Origin: Alphaproteobacteria bacterium
GTDB taxonomy: Bacteria; Pseudomonadota; Alphaproteobacteria; MPNO01
Direction: 5' to 3'
DNA: 64,000 bases
Assembly: GCA_964291675.2 (NCBI GenBank)
Contig: OZ219866.1
Coordinates: forward strand, 1,248,001-1,312,000
Positions 11,684-20,898 of the stretch are shown here, in pieces. A program made the translations under genes and the position numbers. Within the stretch, counting starts at the first letter, position 1. Each line of letters opens with the position of its first letter. A model generated the notes under the pieces. That model was not told where the DNA came from. It made no database searches and saw nothing but the letters and a program-made list of their open reading frames with translations.

Positions 11684-13345
11684 ATGACCGACGTTCTCCG
11701 CATCGCCCTCGCGCAGCTCAACCCGACCGTCGGCGACGTTCTCGGCAACGCCGCCAGGCTGCGCGGCGCCCATGGGGAGGCGGCCAGGCTCGGCGCCGAT
11801 CTGATGGTCGCCTCGGAGCTCGCGCTCTCGGGCTACCCGCCGGAGGACCTCGTGGTCCGGCCGTCCTTCCAGGAGACCGTGCGCCGCGAGCTCGACGGGC
11901 TCGCGGCTGCGACCGCGCAAGGCGGGCCCGGCATCCTGGTGGGCGCGCCCTGGGTCGAGGACGGGATCGTCTACAACGCGGCCGTGCTGCTCGACGGCGG
12001 GCGGGTCGCCGATATCCGGCGCAAATACGACCTGCCGAATTACGGCGTGTTCGACGAGAAGCGCGTCTTTTCCGCCGGCCCGCTGCCCGGGCCGGTCAAT
12101 TTCCGCGGCGTGCGGCTCGGGGTGATGATCTGCGAGGACATGTGGACCGACGAGGTCACCGAATGCCTGGAGGAGTCCGGCGCCGAGATCCTGGTGGTGA
12201 TCAACGGCTCGCCCTTCGAGGTCGACAAGGCGGATGAGCGCCTCAACCTGGCGGTCGCCCGGGTCACCGAGTCGCGCCTGCCGATCGTCTATGTCAACCA
12301 GGTCGGCGGGCAGGACGAGCTGGTGTTCGACGGCAGCTCCTTCGTGCTGGATTCCGACGCCGCGCTCAGGGGCCAGGCGCCGAGCTGGCGGGAGGACATG
12401 CTGGCCACCTCGTGGCGGCGCGAGAACGGCGCCTGGCAGTGCGCGACCGCCGACCGCCATCCGCCGCCGGAAGGGCTCGCGGCGATCTACGAGGCGATGA
12501 CGCTGGGCCTGCGCGACTACGTGACCAAGAACGGCTTCCCCGGGGTCATCATCGGGCTCTCGGGCGGCATCGATTCCGCGCTCACCGCCGCGGTCGCGGT
12601 CGACGCGCTGGGCGCGGCGCGGGTGCGCTGCGTGATGATGCCCTCGCCCTACACCTCGCCCGAGAGCCTGGAGGACGCGGCAGGGACCGCGCGGCTCCTG
12701 GGCATCGCCCTCGACGAGGTCTCGATCGAGCCCGCCATGGACGCCTTCGATACCATGCTGCGCCCGCTCTTCGGCAATGCCGAGGCCGACACCACGGAAG
12801 AGAACATCCAGGCGCGCTCGCGCGGCATGACCCTGATGGCGCTCTCCAACAAGACCGGCAGCATGGTGCTGTCGACCGGCAACAAGTCCGAGATGTCGGT
12901 CGGCTATGCGACGCTCTATGGCGACATGTGCGGCGGCTATTCGGTGCTCAAGGACGTGTACAAGACGACCGTGTTCGCGCTGGCGCGCTGGCGCAACGCC
13001 AACCTGCCGCCCGGCATGCTGGGCCCCGAGGGCCGGGCGATCCCCGAGCGCATCATCGTCAAGCCGCCCTCGGCCGAGCTCAAGCCCGACCAGCGGGACG
13101 AGGACACGCTGCCGCCCTACGAGGTGCTCGACCGCATCCTCGACGGGCTGGTCGAGCGCGACATGGGCGTCGATGCGGTGGTCGCCGAAGGCTTCGACCG
13201 GGCGCTGGTGCTCCGGGTCTGGCGCATGCTGCTCGGCGCCGAGTACAAGCGCCGCCAGGCGCCGCCGGGCGTCAAGATCACGCGCCGGGCGTTCGGCCGC
13301 GACCGCCGCTACCCGATCGTCAACGCCTTCCGGGGCCGGGACTGA
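11684..13345 (+). CDS. nadE: Glutamine-dependent NAD+ synthetase
   Basis: Nitrilase domain (LPNYGVFDEKR, ICEDMW) + SGGIDS, ENIQAR, TGNKSE, EYKRRQ. Confidence 0.95.
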   Translation: MTDVLRIALAQLNPTVGDVLGNAARLRGAHGEAARLGADLMVASELALSGYPPEDLVVRPSFQETVRRELDGLAAATAQGGPGILVGAPWVEDGIVYNAAVLLDGGRVADIRRKYDLPNYGVFDEKRVFSAGPLPGPVNFRGVRLGVMICEDMWTDEVTECLEESGAEILVVINGSPFEVDKADERLNLAVARVTESRLPIVYVNQVGGQDELVFDGSSFVLDSDAALRGQAPSWREDMLATSWRRENGAWQCATADRHPPPEGLAAIYEAMTLGLRDYVTKNGFPGVIIGLSGGIDSALTAAVAVDALGAARVRCVMMPSPYTSPESLEDAAGTARLLGIALDEVSIEPAMDAFDTMLRPLFGNAEADTTEENIQARSRGMTLMALSNKTGSMVLSTGNKSEMSVGYATLYGDMCGGYSVLKDVYKTTVFALARWRNANLPPGMLGPEGRAIPERIIVKPPSAELKPDQRDEDTLPPYEVLDRILDGLVERDMGVDAVVAEGFDRALVLRVWRMLLGAEYKRRQAPPGVKITRRAFGRDRRYPIVNAFRGRD

Positions 13346-13355
13346 GCCCGGGAAA

Positions 13356-14828
13356 ATGGCGCTCGCCCTCTACGACACGCTGAGCCGCGGCAAGCAGCCT
13401 TTCGAGCCCATCGATCCGGGCAATGTCAGGCTCTATGTCTGCGGGCCCACGGTCTACGACTTCGCCCATATCGGCAACGCGCGGCCGGTGGTCGTGTTCG
13501 ACGTGCTGTACCGGCTGCTGCGCCACCTCTACGGCGCGGGCGCGGTGAGATATGTGCGCAACATCACCGACGTGGACGACAAGATCATCGAGGCCGCGCG
13601 CAGCTCGGGCGAGCCGATCGAGGCGGTCACCGGGCGCTTCACCGCGGCGTTTCACGACGACATGGCGGCGCTCGGCGCGCTTGAGCCCGATGTCGAGCCC
13701 AGGGCGACCGGGCATATCGCCGAGATGATCGCGATGATCGAACGGCTGGTCGAGAGGGGCCATGCCTACGCGGCCGAGGGGCATGTGCTGTTCGCGGTCG
13801 CGACGATGGCCGATTACGGCCGGCTCTCGCGCCACAGCCGGGACGAGCTGGTCGCCGGCGCGCGCGTCGAGATCGCGCCCTACAAGCGCGACCCGGCCGA
13901 TTTCGTGCTGTGGAAGCCCTCGGACGCCGACCAGCCCGGCTGGTCGAGCCCGTGGGGGCGCGGCCGGCCCGGCTGGCATCTCGAATGCTCGGCGATGTCG
14001 AAGAAGCATCTCGGCGAGACCTTCGACATCCATGGCGGCGGGCAGGACCTGATCTTCCCGCACCACGAGAACGAGATCGCCCAGTCGACCTGCGCGCACG
14101 GCAAGAAGTTCGTCGGGCTCTGGATGCATAACGGCTACGTCACCGTCGGCGGCGAGAAGATGTCGAAGTCGCTCGGCAACTTCCACACCGTGCACGATTT
14201 GCTGGACCGCGCCCCGGGCGAGGCGATCCGGCTCTCGCTGCTCACGGCGCAGTACCGCCAGCCGCTCGACTTCTCGCTCGACGGGCTGGATCGGGCGAAG
14301 AGCGCGCTCGACCGGCTCTACACCGCGCTCGCCGGCGCAAGCGACGTCGCGCCGGCCGACGACATCGCCGGCGCGGACCCGGTGATCGAGGCGCTGTCCG
14401 ACGACCTCAACACGCCGAGGGCGCTGGCCGAGATGCACGCCCTCGCCGGCATCCTCAACCGGAGCGGCGATGCCGGCGAACGCGCCCGCGCCAAGGCCGG
14501 GCTGATCTTCGCCGGCGGGCTGACGGGCCTGCTCGCCCAGGAACCCGAAAGCTGGCTCAAGGGAAGGCCGCGCCACTTTCGCATCGATGCCGATGGTGTC
14601 TCCCATAACTGGACGGTCTCCGAACCCACTGTGTCCATGTCCCGTGCAACGAAGGACCGGCCAGACCCGGAAGAGTCGGCGATCGAAATCCTGGTCGACA
14701 AGCGGTCGCGGGCCCGCAGGGCGAAAAACTTCGCCGAAGCCGACCGGATCCGCGACGCGCTGATGAGCGAGTACAACGTGGTCGTCGAGGATGGACCCGA
14801 CGGCAGCAGCGAATGGCGGCGGGCATGA
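13356..14828 (+). CDS. cysS: Cysteine--tRNA ligase (with linker insertion)
   Basis: YVCGPTVY, HIGN, GRPGWHLECSAM, KMSKS; start ATG 13356. Confidence 0.95.
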   Translation: MALALYDTLSRGKQPFEPIDPGNVRLYVCGPTVYDFAHIGNARPVVVFDVLYRLLRHLYGAGAVRYVRNITDVDDKIIEAARSSGEPIEAVTGRFTAAFHDDMAALGALEPDVEPRATGHIAEMIAMIERLVERGHAYAAEGHVLFAVATMADYGRLSRHSRDELVAGARVEIAPYKRDPADFVLWKPSDADQPGWSSPWGRGRPGWHLECSAMSKKHLGETFDIHGGGQDLIFPHHENEIAQSTCAHGKKFVGLWMHNGYVTVGGEKMSKSLGNFHTVHDLLDRAPGEAIRLSLLTAQYRQPLDFSLDGLDRAKSALDRLYTALAGASDVAPADDIAGADPVIEALSDDLNTPRALAEMHALAGILNRSGDAGERARAKAGLIFAGGLTGLLAQEPESWLKGRPRHFRIDADGVSHNWTVSEPTVSMSRATKDRPDPEESAIEILVDKRSRARRAKNFAEADRIRDALMSEYNVVVEDGPDGSSEWRRA

Positions 14829-16417
14829 GCGAGCGCATCTGGCTCTTCGACTCCACGCTGCGCGACGGCGCGCAGACGCAGGGCGTCGATTTCGGGGTCG
14901 CCGACAAGGCCGCGGTGGCGCGCGCGCTCGACCGGCTCGGCATCGACTATGTCGAGGGCGGCTGGCCCGGCGCCAACCCGACCGACGATGCGTTCTTCGC
15001 CGAGCCGCCGGCGCTCAAGCGGGCCCGCTTCACCGCCTTCGGGATGACGCGCAGGCAGGGGCGGAGCGCCGAGAACGATCCGGGGCTCGCCGCGCTGGTC
15101 GACGCCCGCGCACCGGTCGTCTGCATCGTCGGCAAGACCTGGGACTTCCACGTCCGCACCGCGCTCGGCGTGGAGCTGGACGAGAACGTGGCCATGATCG
15201 CCGACTCGATCGCCCATCTCGCGCGGACCAAGGACGAGGCGATGTTCGACGCCGAGCATTTCTTCGACGGCTACAAGGCGAATCCCGGGTTCGCGCTCGA
15301 CTGCGTGAAGGCGGCGCACGGGGCGGGCGCGCGCTGGGTGGTGCTGTGCGACACCAACGGCGGCACGCTCCCCCACGAGGTCGAGCGCATCACGGGCGAG
15401 GTCGCCCGGCACGTCCCCGGAGCCGCGCTCGGCATCCACTGCCACAACGACACCGAGAACGCGGTCGCCAACTCGCTCGCCGCGGTGCGCGCCGGCGCGC
15501 GCCAGGTGCAGGGCACGCTCAACGGGCTCGGCGAGCGCTGCGGCAACGCCAATTTGATCTCGCTGATCCCGAGCCTGGTGCTCAAGATGGGCTACGAGAC
15601 CGGCATCGACGAGGCGGGGCTGGCGGAGCTCACGCCCACCTCGCGGCTGCTCGACGAGCGGCTCAACCGGGCGCCCTTGCGCAACGCCGCCTATGTCGGC
15701 GCCTCCGCCTTCGCCCACAAGGGCGGGCTGCACGTCTCGGCGATCGAGAAGGACCCCCGCACCTACGAGCACATCGACCCGGCGCTGGTCGGCAACGAGC
15801 GTCAGATCGTCGTCTCCGACCAGGCCGGGCGGTCCAACATCCTTGCCAGATTTCGCAAGATCGGGCTCGACATCGACCCGAAGAACCCGAAGCTTCCGCG
15901 CCTGCTGGAAGAGGTGAAGCGGCGCGAGTTCGAGGGCTACGCCTATGACGGGGCGGGCGCCAGCTTCGAGCTCCTGGCGCGGCGCACCCTGGGCTCGGTG
16001 CCGGAGTTCTTCCGCCTGCACAGCTTCCGGGTGTTCGACGAGCGGCGCTGGAACGCGCGCGGCGAGCTGATCACGCTCTCGGAGGCCACCGTCAAGGTCG
16101 ACATGGGCAACGACCGCCACATGGCGGTGGCCGAGGGCAACGGGCCGGTCAACGCGCTCGACGGGGCGCTGCGCAAGGTGCTGATCCCGTTCTATCCCGG
16201 GCTCGGCGCGCTCCGGCTGGTCGACTACAAGGTGCGCATCCTCACCCCCGGCGACGGCACCGCCGCGGTCACCCGGGTGATGATCGAGAGCGGCGACGGC
16301 GAGAGCGAGAGCTGGAGCGCGGTCGGCGTGTCGACCAACGTGATCGACGCCTCGTTCAACGCGCTCTACGACTCGATCACCTACAAGCTGATGCGCGACG
16401 GCGTCGGCCCCGCCTGA
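14825..16417 (+). CDS. cimA: Citramalate synthase
   Basis: DSTLRDGAQ, EGGWPGANP, FDAEHFFDG, AFAHKGGLH, GNGPVNAL; ATGA overlap with cysS. Confidence 0.9.
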   Translation: MSERIWLFDSTLRDGAQTQGVDFGVADKAAVARALDRLGIDYVEGGWPGANPTDDAFFAEPPALKRARFTAFGMTRRQGRSAENDPGLAALVDARAPVVCIVGKTWDFHVRTALGVELDENVAMIADSIAHLARTKDEAMFDAEHFFDGYKANPGFALDCVKAAHGAGARWVVLCDTNGGTLPHEVERITGEVARHVPGAALGIHCHNDTENAVANSLAAVRAGARQVQGTLNGLGERCGNANLISLIPSLVLKMGYETGIDEAGLAELTPTSRLLDERLNRAPLRNAAYVGASAFAHKGGLHVSAIEKDPRTYEHIDPALVGNERQIVVSDQAGRSNILARFRKIGLDIDPKNPKLPRLLEEVKRREFEGYAYDGAGASFELLARRTLGSVPEFFRLHSFRVFDERRWNARGELITLSEATVKVDMGNDRHMAVAEGNGPVNALDGALRKVLIPFYPGLGALRLVDYKVRILTPGDGTAAVTRVMIESGDGESESWSAVGVSTNVIDASFNALYDSITYKLMRDGVGPA

Positions 16418-17211
16418 TGGCGGGCACCGACCGCAGCCGCCGCGCGGTCGCCGCCGCCGACCCGCACGCCCCGGTTGTCGTCCTGGTCGAGCCGCAGCTC
16501 GGCGAGAATATCGGCGCGGCGGCCCGCGCGATGCTCAATTTCGGCCTGACCGACCTGCGCCTGGTGGCGCCGCGCGGCGACTGGCCCAGCCGGAAGGCGA
16601 TCGCCACCGCCTCGGGGGCGGAGGCGGTGCTGGACCGGGCGAGGCTGTTCCCGACCGCCGAGGCGGCTGTCGGCGACATCCGCCACGTCTTCGCCACCAC
16701 CGCGCGGGTGCGCGACATGGTGAAGCCGGTGCTGACTCCGCGCGCGGCGGCCCGCCGGCTGCGCGACTGCCACGCCGCGGGGGAGCGTTCGGCCCTCCTG
16801 TTCGGGCGCGAGAAGAGCGGGCTCCACAACGACGACGCCGCGCGCGCCGAGGCGCTGGTGATCGTGCCGGCCAACCCGGCCTATTCGTCGATCAACCTCG
16901 CCCAGGCGGTGCTGCTGATCGGCTATGAATGGTTCCAGGCCGACCCGTCCCTCGCGGACGGCGCCGACCGGCTGACGCGGAAGGGCGCGCAGGCCGCGAC
17001 CCAGCGGGAGATCCAGGACCTGTTCGACCATCTCGAAGCCGAGCTCGATGCCTGCGGCTTCCTCTACCCGCCCGACAAGCGGCCCAGGATGGTGCGCAAC
17101 ATCCGCAACATCTTCACCCGCGCCGACCTCACCGACCAGGAGGTGCGCACGCTCCGGGGCATCATAGTCGGGCTGACCGGCAGGCGCGCCGGCGAGGCCG
17201 GCGATGAGTGA
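16417..17211 (+). CDS. trmJ: tRNA methyltransferase TrmJ/LasT (SPOUT)
   Basis: VLVEPQLGENIGAAARAM.NFGL, LFGRE..GL, SINLAQAV. Confidence 0.85.
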   Translation: MAGTDRSRRAVAAADPHAPVVVLVEPQLGENIGAAARAMLNFGLTDLRLVAPRGDWPSRKAIATASGAEAVLDRARLFPTAEAAVGDIRHVFATTARVRDMVKPVLTPRAAARRLRDCHAAGERSALLFGREKSGLHNDDAARAEALVIVPANPAYSSINLAQAVLLIGYEWFQADPSLADGADRLTRKGAQAATQREIQDLFDHLEAELDACGFLYPPDKRPRMVRNIRNIFTRADLTDQEVRTLRGIIVGLTGRRAGEAGDE

Positions 17212-17377
17212 GCTCGCGCCCGGCATGCGGGTGCGCCACCCGGCGCTCCCCGATTGGGGGCTGGGCCAGGTGCAGTCGGTCGACGGCGCGCGCGTGACCG
17301 TCAATTTCGAGCACGCCGGCAAGCAGCTCATCAACACCGAGGCGGTCGCGCTGGAGGCGGTGGACTTGCCGCCCTGA
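17204..17377 (+). CDS. DUF3553-family small protein (57 aa; absent from ORF track)
   Basis: MSELAPGMRVRHPALPDWGLGQVQSVDGARVTVNFEHAGKQLIN... matches the recalled DUF3553 pattern (PG..VRHP..PDWG.GQVQS....VTVNFEH.GK..IN). Confidence 0.8.
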   Translation: MSELAPGMRVRHPALPDWGLGQVQSVDGARVTVNFEHAGKQLINTEAVALEAVDLPP

Positions 17378-17379
17378 AC
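17284..17379 (+). repeat. 96-bp direct repeat, copy 1 (3' end of DUF3553 gene)
   Basis: Identical to 18358-18453 except CAG/CTG. Confidence 0.95.
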
Positions 17380-17457
17380 GACGGCCTTCGGCCGCGGCTT
17401 GCTTTACCGGGGCACCGCTCTGGCGTAGCATCGCCGCCCGGGCTGGAGGACCGCGCG

Positions 17458-18126
17458 ATGGCGAAGGGCGAGGAGGCCCGCGTTGCCCTGACCTTGAAAC
17501 TCGGGCCTGACAAAGTGCCGGCCCAGGTGTTTCTCAAGGCGGTTCGCACCTTTGCCGACATGCTGGCCGATCTCGCGCGCGAGGCGAGGACGGACGCACG
17601 GACCGTGGGGTGGGAGATTTCCGTCGAGCAGGGCAGCCAGATCCTGAGAGCCGAAATAGGTCGGGACGCCGCAATCGATGTCGCGCGAAGCGTTCTCGCC
17701 ACCATCGAGCGTCCACCTGCCCGGGTGAAGCGACGGTTCCGGGAATTGTCCAGGCTTCCCATCGAAGACACGAAGCTGTGGGCAGGAGAAAACCGCAACG
17801 ACCTGTTGCAGGAGGTCGACGCGGAACCGCCCGAGCCCTTCCACGAATACGGAACCGTCGAAGGCGAGCTTTCCACCCTGAGCAACAGGGGAGGGCCGCA
17901 CTTCACGATCTACGAGCCGATCTGGGATACCGGCGTGCGCTGCACCGTTCCCGATGAGCTCGTCGCCTCGATGCAGGAAATGTGGACCAGGCGCGTGGCG
18001 GCGCACGGCCTGATCCACTACGACGCCGAAGGCCACCCACTCAGCATCAGGGCCGAACGGGTCGAGGCCTATCCGTGCGACGAGACACCCTTGGAAGAAT
18101 ATCGCGGGCTGCTCTCCACGGATTGA
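17458..18126 (+). CDS. Hypothetical protein, PIN-toxin-associated (possible C-terminal OB-like domain)
   Basis: GGAGG RBS, lower GC, GTVEGEL...F.IY......VRC; stop overlaps start of PIN remnant. Confidence 0.65.
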   Translation: MAKGEEARVALTLKLGPDKVPAQVFLKAVRTFADMLADLAREARTDARTVGWEISVEQGSQILRAEIGRDAAIDVARSVLATIERPPARVKRRFRELSRLPIEDTKLWAGENRNDLLQEVDAEPPEPFHEYGTVEGELSTLSNRGGPHFTIYEPIWDTGVRCTVPDELVASMQEMWTRRVAAHGLIHYDAEGHPLSIRAERVEAYPCDETPLEEYRGLLSTD

Positions 18127-18305
18127 TGGTCGAGCGCAGGTATTGGGACTCCGACTGTTTCCTCGGCTGGCTGCAGGACGAGCCGGGGAAGGCCGATGTT
18201 CTCAATACCTTCGACAAGGCGCTGATAGGCAAGAGCAGACGGACGGGCGACTCGCTGGCGATCGCGGAGCCGAGCGTGCCGGAACCGGAGCTCGACCTTG
18301 AATGA
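18126..18305 (+). pseudogene. PIN-domain (VapC-like) protein with large in-frame internal deletion
   Basis: N-terminal RYWDSDCFLGWL joined directly to C-terminal LNTFD..LIGKS; only 59 aa. Confidence 0.65.
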
Positions 18306-18357
18306 CTGCCCGCAATGCTGGCATGGACACCTGCGAGAAGGAGTTCGGTCGCGTGAT

Positions 18358-18453
18358 CGGCGCGCGCGTGACCGTCAATTTCGAGCACGCCGGCAAGCTG
18401 CTCATCAACACCGAGGCGGTCGCGCTGGAGGCGGTGGACTTGCCGCCCTGAAC
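18358..18453 (+). repeat. 96-bp direct repeat, copy 2 (DUF3553 3' fragment, att-like)
   Basis: Copy of 17284-17379 at offset 1074 bp. Confidence 0.95.
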
Positions 18454-18464
18454 CGGAGCCTTGG

Positions 18465-18493
18465 TTGACAATCGTCATAGTGCTTATTACAGT
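18465..18493 (+). promoter_or_regulatory. Sigma70 promoter of higBA with internal operator; probably leaderless
   Basis: TTGACA-N17-TACAGT, 5 nt before ATG; GTCATA-N5-TATTAC imperfect palindrome inside. Confidence 0.6.
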
Positions 18494-18498
18494 CTGCC

Positions 18499-18777
18499 AT
18501 GATACGAGGCTTCCGAAGCAGGGCGCTCAGGCGGTTCATGGAACGCGGCGAAGGGCGGCGGATCCTGCCCGAGCACCGCGAGGCCGTGGCTGACATTCTG
18601 GCGCGGCTGAATGCGTCGAGCGGTCCGGCCGACATGGATCTGCCCGGCTTTCGGCTTCACCGGCTCAAGGGAGACCTCGCCGGGCTATGGGCCGTGACGG
18701 TGCGCGCCAACTGGCGCATCGTCTTTCGCTTCGAAGACGGCCATGCGGTCGATGTGGACTATCTCGACTATCACTGA
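18499..18777 (+). CDS. higB: HigB (RelE/ParE-superfamily) toxin
   Basis: MI..FR..L..F, LPG.RLH.LKG...G.WAV.V.ANWRI.FRF, DVDY.DYH. Confidence 0.9.
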   Translation: MIRGFRSRALRRFMERGEGRRILPEHREAVADILARLNASSGPADMDLPGFRLHRLKGDLAGLWAVTVRANWRIVFRFEDGHAVDVDYLDYH

Positions 18778-18789
18778 AGGGGGGCCTCG

Positions 18790-19098
18790 ATGCTCATGCA
18801 CAACCCGCCCCATCCCGGCGGCGTTATCCGGCGCCAGTGCCTGGAGCCCCTGGGACTGACGGTCACCGAGGCGGCGAAGGGCCTCGGGGTCTCGCGCAAC
18901 ACGCTCTCGATGCTGCTCAACGGCAGGCTCGGCATCTCGCCCGAGATGGCGATCCGGCTCTCCGAGGCATTCGGCGGCAGCCCGGAGAGCTGGCTGCAGC
19001 AGCAGATGCAGTACGATCTGTGGCACGCGCAGCAGAACCGCGAGGGCGTCCCGGTCCGCAGATTCGCCGCCGCGGAACGCATCGCTCCTACGTTCTGA
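18790..19098 (+). CDS. higA: HigA antitoxin (XRE HTH)
   Basis: [31 protein letters not shown]. Confidence 0.92.
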   Translation: MLMHNPPHPGGVIRRQCLEPLGLTVTEAAKGLGVSRNTLSMLLNGRLGISPEMAIRLSEAFGGSPESWLQQQMQYDLWHAQQNREGVPVRRFAAAERIAPTF

Positions 19099-19185
19099 GC
19101 CCGGACAATATTTTGACGGCGGCCCGTGCGAACCGCTAGGTTCGCGGCGGGACGAGTTTCGAGGCTGCGGCAGCCGGGAGAGGTC

Positions 19186-20895
19186 ATGGCGGAAGGCGCG
19201 CGCGTGGTTCGCGCATACGGGCATCCCGGCTCGGCCCGCACCAGGGCGCGGCCCCTGACCAAGGGCCGCCAGCTCGACCCGGCGGCGGTCGAGCGCGTGC
19301 GCGCGCTGCTCGGCGACCGGCCGCGCCGGCGCGACCTGCTGATCGAGCATCTGCACCTGATCCAGGACTCGCAAGGCTGCCTCGCGCCCGACGACATGGC
19401 GGCGCTCGCCGACGAGATGAAGCTCGCGCTCACCGAAATCTACGAGACGGCGACGTTCTACGCCCATTTCGACGTGCTCGACGACGGGGAGGCGCGCCCG
19501 CCGCCGCTGACCGTCCGGGTCTGCGACTCGCTCACCTGCGAGATGATGGGCGCGGACGCGCTGATCGCGGCTCTGGAGGGGAGCGCGGGCGAGGGCGTGC
19601 GCATCGTTCGCGCGCCCTGCATCGGCGCCTGCGACCGCGCGCCGGCGGCGGAAGTCGGCCACAACCAGATGTCGAACGCGACCGCAGACCGGGTCGTCGC
19701 CGCGCTCTCGGACGGCAGGACCGAGCCGGAAATTCCCGACTATGTCGGGTTCGACGACTATGTCGCGGGCGGCGGCTATGCGGTGCTCCGCGAGTGCCGC
19801 GACGGGTCCCGGCCGGTCGAGGGGGTGATCGAGGCGCTGGAGAGCTCCAGCCTGCGCGGGCTCGGCGGCGCCGGCTTCCCGACCGGGCGCAAATGGACCT
19901 TCGTCCGCGCCGAGCCGGGCCCCCGCTATCTCGCGGTCAACGCCGACGAGGGCGAGCCCGGCACCTTCAAGGACCGCTATTTCCTCGAGACCGACCCGCA
20001 CCGCTTCCTCGAAGGCATGCTGATCGCCGACTGGGCGGTCGAGGCGGAAGAGACCTATGTCTATCTGCGCGACGAGTACCCGGTCGTCCGAGAAATCCTG
20101 ATCGAGGAGATCGCCCGGCTGGAGCGGGAAGGCCTGGCTGCGCCCGGCTCCATCGTGCTCCGGCGCGGCGCCGGCGCCTATATCTGCGGCGAGGAATCGG
20201 CGATGCTCGAAAGCATCGAGGGCAAGCGCGGCCTGCCGCGCCACAAGCCGCCCTTCCCGGCCCAGGTCGGGCTGTTCGGCCAGCCGACGCTGATCAACAA
20301 CGTCGAGACGCTGTACTGGGTGCCCGACATCCTGGCCAACGGGCCGGACTGGTTCGCCGGCAAGGGCCGCAACGGGCGCAAGGGCCTGCGCACCTTCTCG
20401 GTCTCCGGCCGGGTGAAGGAGCCCGGCGTCAAGATCGCCGAGGCCGGAATCACCGCGCGCGAGCTGATCGACGAGTATTGCGGCGGCATGGCGGACGGCC
20501 ACGTCTTCAAGGGCTATTTGCCGGGCGGCGCCTCGGGCGGCATCCTGCCGGCCCACATGGCGGACATCCCGCTCGATTTCGGCACGCTGGAAGAGCATGG
20601 CTGCCTGATCGGCTCGGCCGCGGTGATCGTGCTGTCGGACCGCGACTCGGCGGCCGATGCGGCGCTCAACCTGATGCGCTTCTTCGAGGACGAGAGCTGC
20701 GGCCAGTGCACGCCGTGCCGCGCCGGCTGCGAGAAATCGGTCGGGCTGATGCGCCGGCCGAGATGGGACGAGCCGTTGCTGCGCGAGCTCAGCCGGGCGA
20801 TGATCGACGCCTCGATCTGCGGCCTGGGCCAGGCGGCGCCCAACGGGCTGTTATCGGCGCTCAAACACTTCCCCCAGGACATACCGGACGGTTAG
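19186..20895 (+). CDS. NAD-linked formate dehydrogenase beta subunit (NuoE-NuoF-like fusion)
   Basis: ATFY.HF, VCDSL.C, LRGLGGAGFPTG.KW, NADEGEPGTFKDR, YICGEE, ESCGQCTPCR. Confidence 0.88.
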   Translation: MAEGARVVRAYGHPGSARTRARPLTKGRQLDPAAVERVRALLGDRPRRRDLLIEHLHLIQDSQGCLAPDDMAALADEMKLALTEIYETATFYAHFDVLDDGEARPPPLTVRVCDSLTCEMMGADALIAALEGSAGEGVRIVRAPCIGACDRAPAAEVGHNQMSNATADRVVAALSDGRTEPEIPDYVGFDDYVAGGGYAVLRECRDGSRPVEGVIEALESSSLRGLGGAGFPTGRKWTFVRAEPGPRYLAVNADEGEPGTFKDRYFLETDPHRFLEGMLIADWAVEAEETYVYLRDEYPVVREILIEEIARLEREGLAAPGSIVLRRGAGAYICGEESAMLESIEGKRGLPRHKPPFPAQVGLFGQPTLINNVETLYWVPDILANGPDWFAGKGRNGRKGLRTFSVSGRVKEPGVKIAEAGITARELIDEYCGGMADGHVFKGYLPGGASGGILPAHMADIPLDFGTLEEHGCLIGSAAVIVLSDRDSAADAALNLMRFFEDESCGQCTPCRAGCEKSVGLMRRPRWDEPLLRELSRAMIDASICGLGQAAPNGLLSALKHFPQDIPDG

Positions 20896-20898
20896 GCC

